A DNA stretch of 28,500 nucleotides. Origin: Snowella sp. GTDB lineage: Bacteria > Cyanobacteriota > Cyanobacteriia > Cyanobacteriales > Microcystaceae. Positions 27,182 through 28,500 of this stretch are shown here, in pieces. Location: the NCBI GenBank assembly GCA_035285545.1, contig JAYKGY010000146.1, positions 1 to 28,500 on the forward strand, given 5' to 3'. The notes under the pieces are model-generated. The model was not told where the DNA came from, did no database searches, and saw nothing but the letters and a program-made list of their open reading frames with translations. Position 1 is the stretch's first letter; every line of letters starts with the position of its first letter. Both the position numbers and the translations under genes were made by a program.

Positions 27182-28063
27182 ATGGGATTATCACCAACCG
27201 TATTAATTGGACTCAAAGCCGACGAATTTCGCCATCCCCTAGACCGAGAAGCCACGACAGCCTTAAAACAGTTACCCGGACTAGACTTAGCGGTACGTAG
27301 CTTGTTGGGGTCTGTTGCTGAACAGTTTTTTGCTTTAAATAATTTGGCAGCCAGTGTACGGGTGAGTGAGAAACAACTTCCCGATTTGCATGACTTGTTG
27401 ATCGATGCTTGTCGCATTTTGGATTTAGAACCCCCTGAACTTTATCTTCAACAGCATCCGGTTCCTAATGCCTATACGTTTGCAATGCGAGGAAAAAAGC
27501 CCTTTATTGTGGTGCATACGTCTTTAATTGATATGCTCACCCCGAAAGAAATTCAAGCGGTTCTTGCCCATGAGTTGGGACATCTGAAGTGTGAACATGG
27601 GGTTTATCTCACGTTGGCCAATATTATGGTTTTAGCAGCGGGATTATTACCCAGTTGGGGCAGTGTATTGGCCCAATCTCTCCAAGGCCAAATGTTGGAA
27701 TGGGTTCGTTGTGCGGAATTTAGTTGCGATCGCGCAGCCTTGTTAGCAGTTCAAGATCCGACCGTTGTTATGTCCGTTTTAATGAAGTTAGCGGGAGGAT
27801 CTCCCCAGATCGCCCCCAAACTCAACCTAGAAGCTTTTATTGAACAAGCACGGGATTATGAAATGCTGAGCGATAACGAAATGGGGGCTGCCTTAAAATC
27901 CATGCAAACTGAGCAGTTAACCCATCCTGTTCCGGTTTTACGGGCTAAAGAAATTGATCGTTGGGCCACAACCCAAGCCTATCAGGATTTACTCAAAGGT
28001 CGTCGCGGGGATTTGACTTCAACGGTTAAGGAGCCAGAAAAGGGCGGTTGGCGCAATTGGTAA
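27182..28063 (+). CDS. M48 family zinc metallopeptidase
   Basis: PNAYT, HExxH (AHELGH), EFSCDR and THP motifs. Confidence 0.92.
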   Translation: MGLSPTVLIGLKADEFRHPLDREATTALKQLPGLDLAVRSLLGSVAEQFFALNNLAASVRVSEKQLPDLHDLLIDACRILDLEPPELYLQQHPVPNAYTFAMRGKKPFIVVHTSLIDMLTPKEIQAVLAHELGHLKCEHGVYLTLANIMVLAAGLLPSWGSVLAQSLQGQMLEWVRCAEFSCDRAALLAVQDPTVVMSVLMKLAGGSPQIAPKLNLEAFIEQARDYEMLSDNEMGAALKSMQTEQLTHPVPVLRAKEIDRWATTQAYQDLLKGRRGDLTSTVKEPEKGGWRNW

Positions 28064-28069
28064 TTTTTA

Positions 28070-28260
28070 ACGGAGTTCGGCGATCGCGTGATTTATGAGG
28101 CAAAACTATATCAGGACAGAAAAGCTCCCTTGATTATTGCCTCTGGGGGAGGGATTGAATGGTTAAGTGGAGGAAGCACTGAAGCAGACGATATAGCAAC
28201 ATTGTTAAAAATGATGGGTGTACCCAAGGCGGCTATTATTGAAGAGCCAGATTCTTTAAA
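28070..28260 (+). pseudogene. Internal fragment of a YdcF/DUF218 gene, cut at its 3' side by an IS
   Basis: GDRVIYEAKLY...PLIIASGG...EADDIATLL..MGVPKAAIIEEPDSLN stops just before the expected TxEN motif. The N-terminal half is absent. Confidence 0.75.
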
Positions 28261-28500
28261 CCCACATTCAGCAGGTTAAGTTGAAGATATAGACCATTTG
28301 GGAATAATAGCAGGAATTATAGACGAAATAGGAATAGTAGAAATATATAGATAAAGAGTTAGGGACTCATCCGCAAGAAAAGATAAGTGCGGGTCAAGTG
28401 GTTAAAGCAATGCTCATCAACTGCATGGGATTTCTGACGGCTCCCTTGTACTTATTTAGTGAATTTTTTAGGGGGAAAGCAACAGAACATCTGATTGGGA
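28261..28500 (+). mobile_element. Left end of a degenerate IS1634-family element with a frameshifted transposase
   Basis: Begins CCCACATTCAGCAGG (IR-like). Then VEDIDHLGIIAGIIDEIGIVEI (28280-28345), a +1 shift, and IDKELGTHPQEKISAGQVVKAMLINCMGFLTAPLYLFSEFFRGKATEHLIG to the window edge. Confidence 0.85.

Larger units (their letters stand above)
1101..28087. repeat. Dispersed HIP1 octamers (GCGATCGC)
   Basis: Dozens of copies, e.g. at 1101, 1768, 4997, 9343 and 28080. None were seen in the two PD-(D/E)XK genes or the IS ends. Confidence 0.95.

Overview
Cyanobacterial chromosomal DNA. HIP1 octamers (GCGATCGC) are frequent, and cpcG, ccmS, narM and a Synechocystis-like tmRNA point to a unicellular Chroococcales/Synechocystis-related strain. 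Most of the window is core housekeeping: glgP, cbiT, ccmS, clpS, an ABC1 kinase-PP2C operon, cpcG, narM, PAP2, cobS, ssrA, dacB, phzF, a CSP41-like SDR, glgB, bestrophin and an M48 peptidase. Both ends are accessory. At the left end an IS630-like element sits in the stop codon of a coiled-coil PD-(D/E)XK (DUF3782-like) gene. That gene and a near-identical paralog bracket two AraC paralogs, one of them +1 frameshifted, and the two nuclease-fold copies differ by exactly five 21-bp heptad repeats. At the right end a YdcF fragment is cut by a degenerate IS1634. Other points of interest are a 45-aa very basic protein, a CpcD-DUF1816 fusion, a 72-nt strand-asymmetric hairpin after cpcG, and REP-like elements around glgP. 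All family calls come from recognising motifs by eye; no database search was run.
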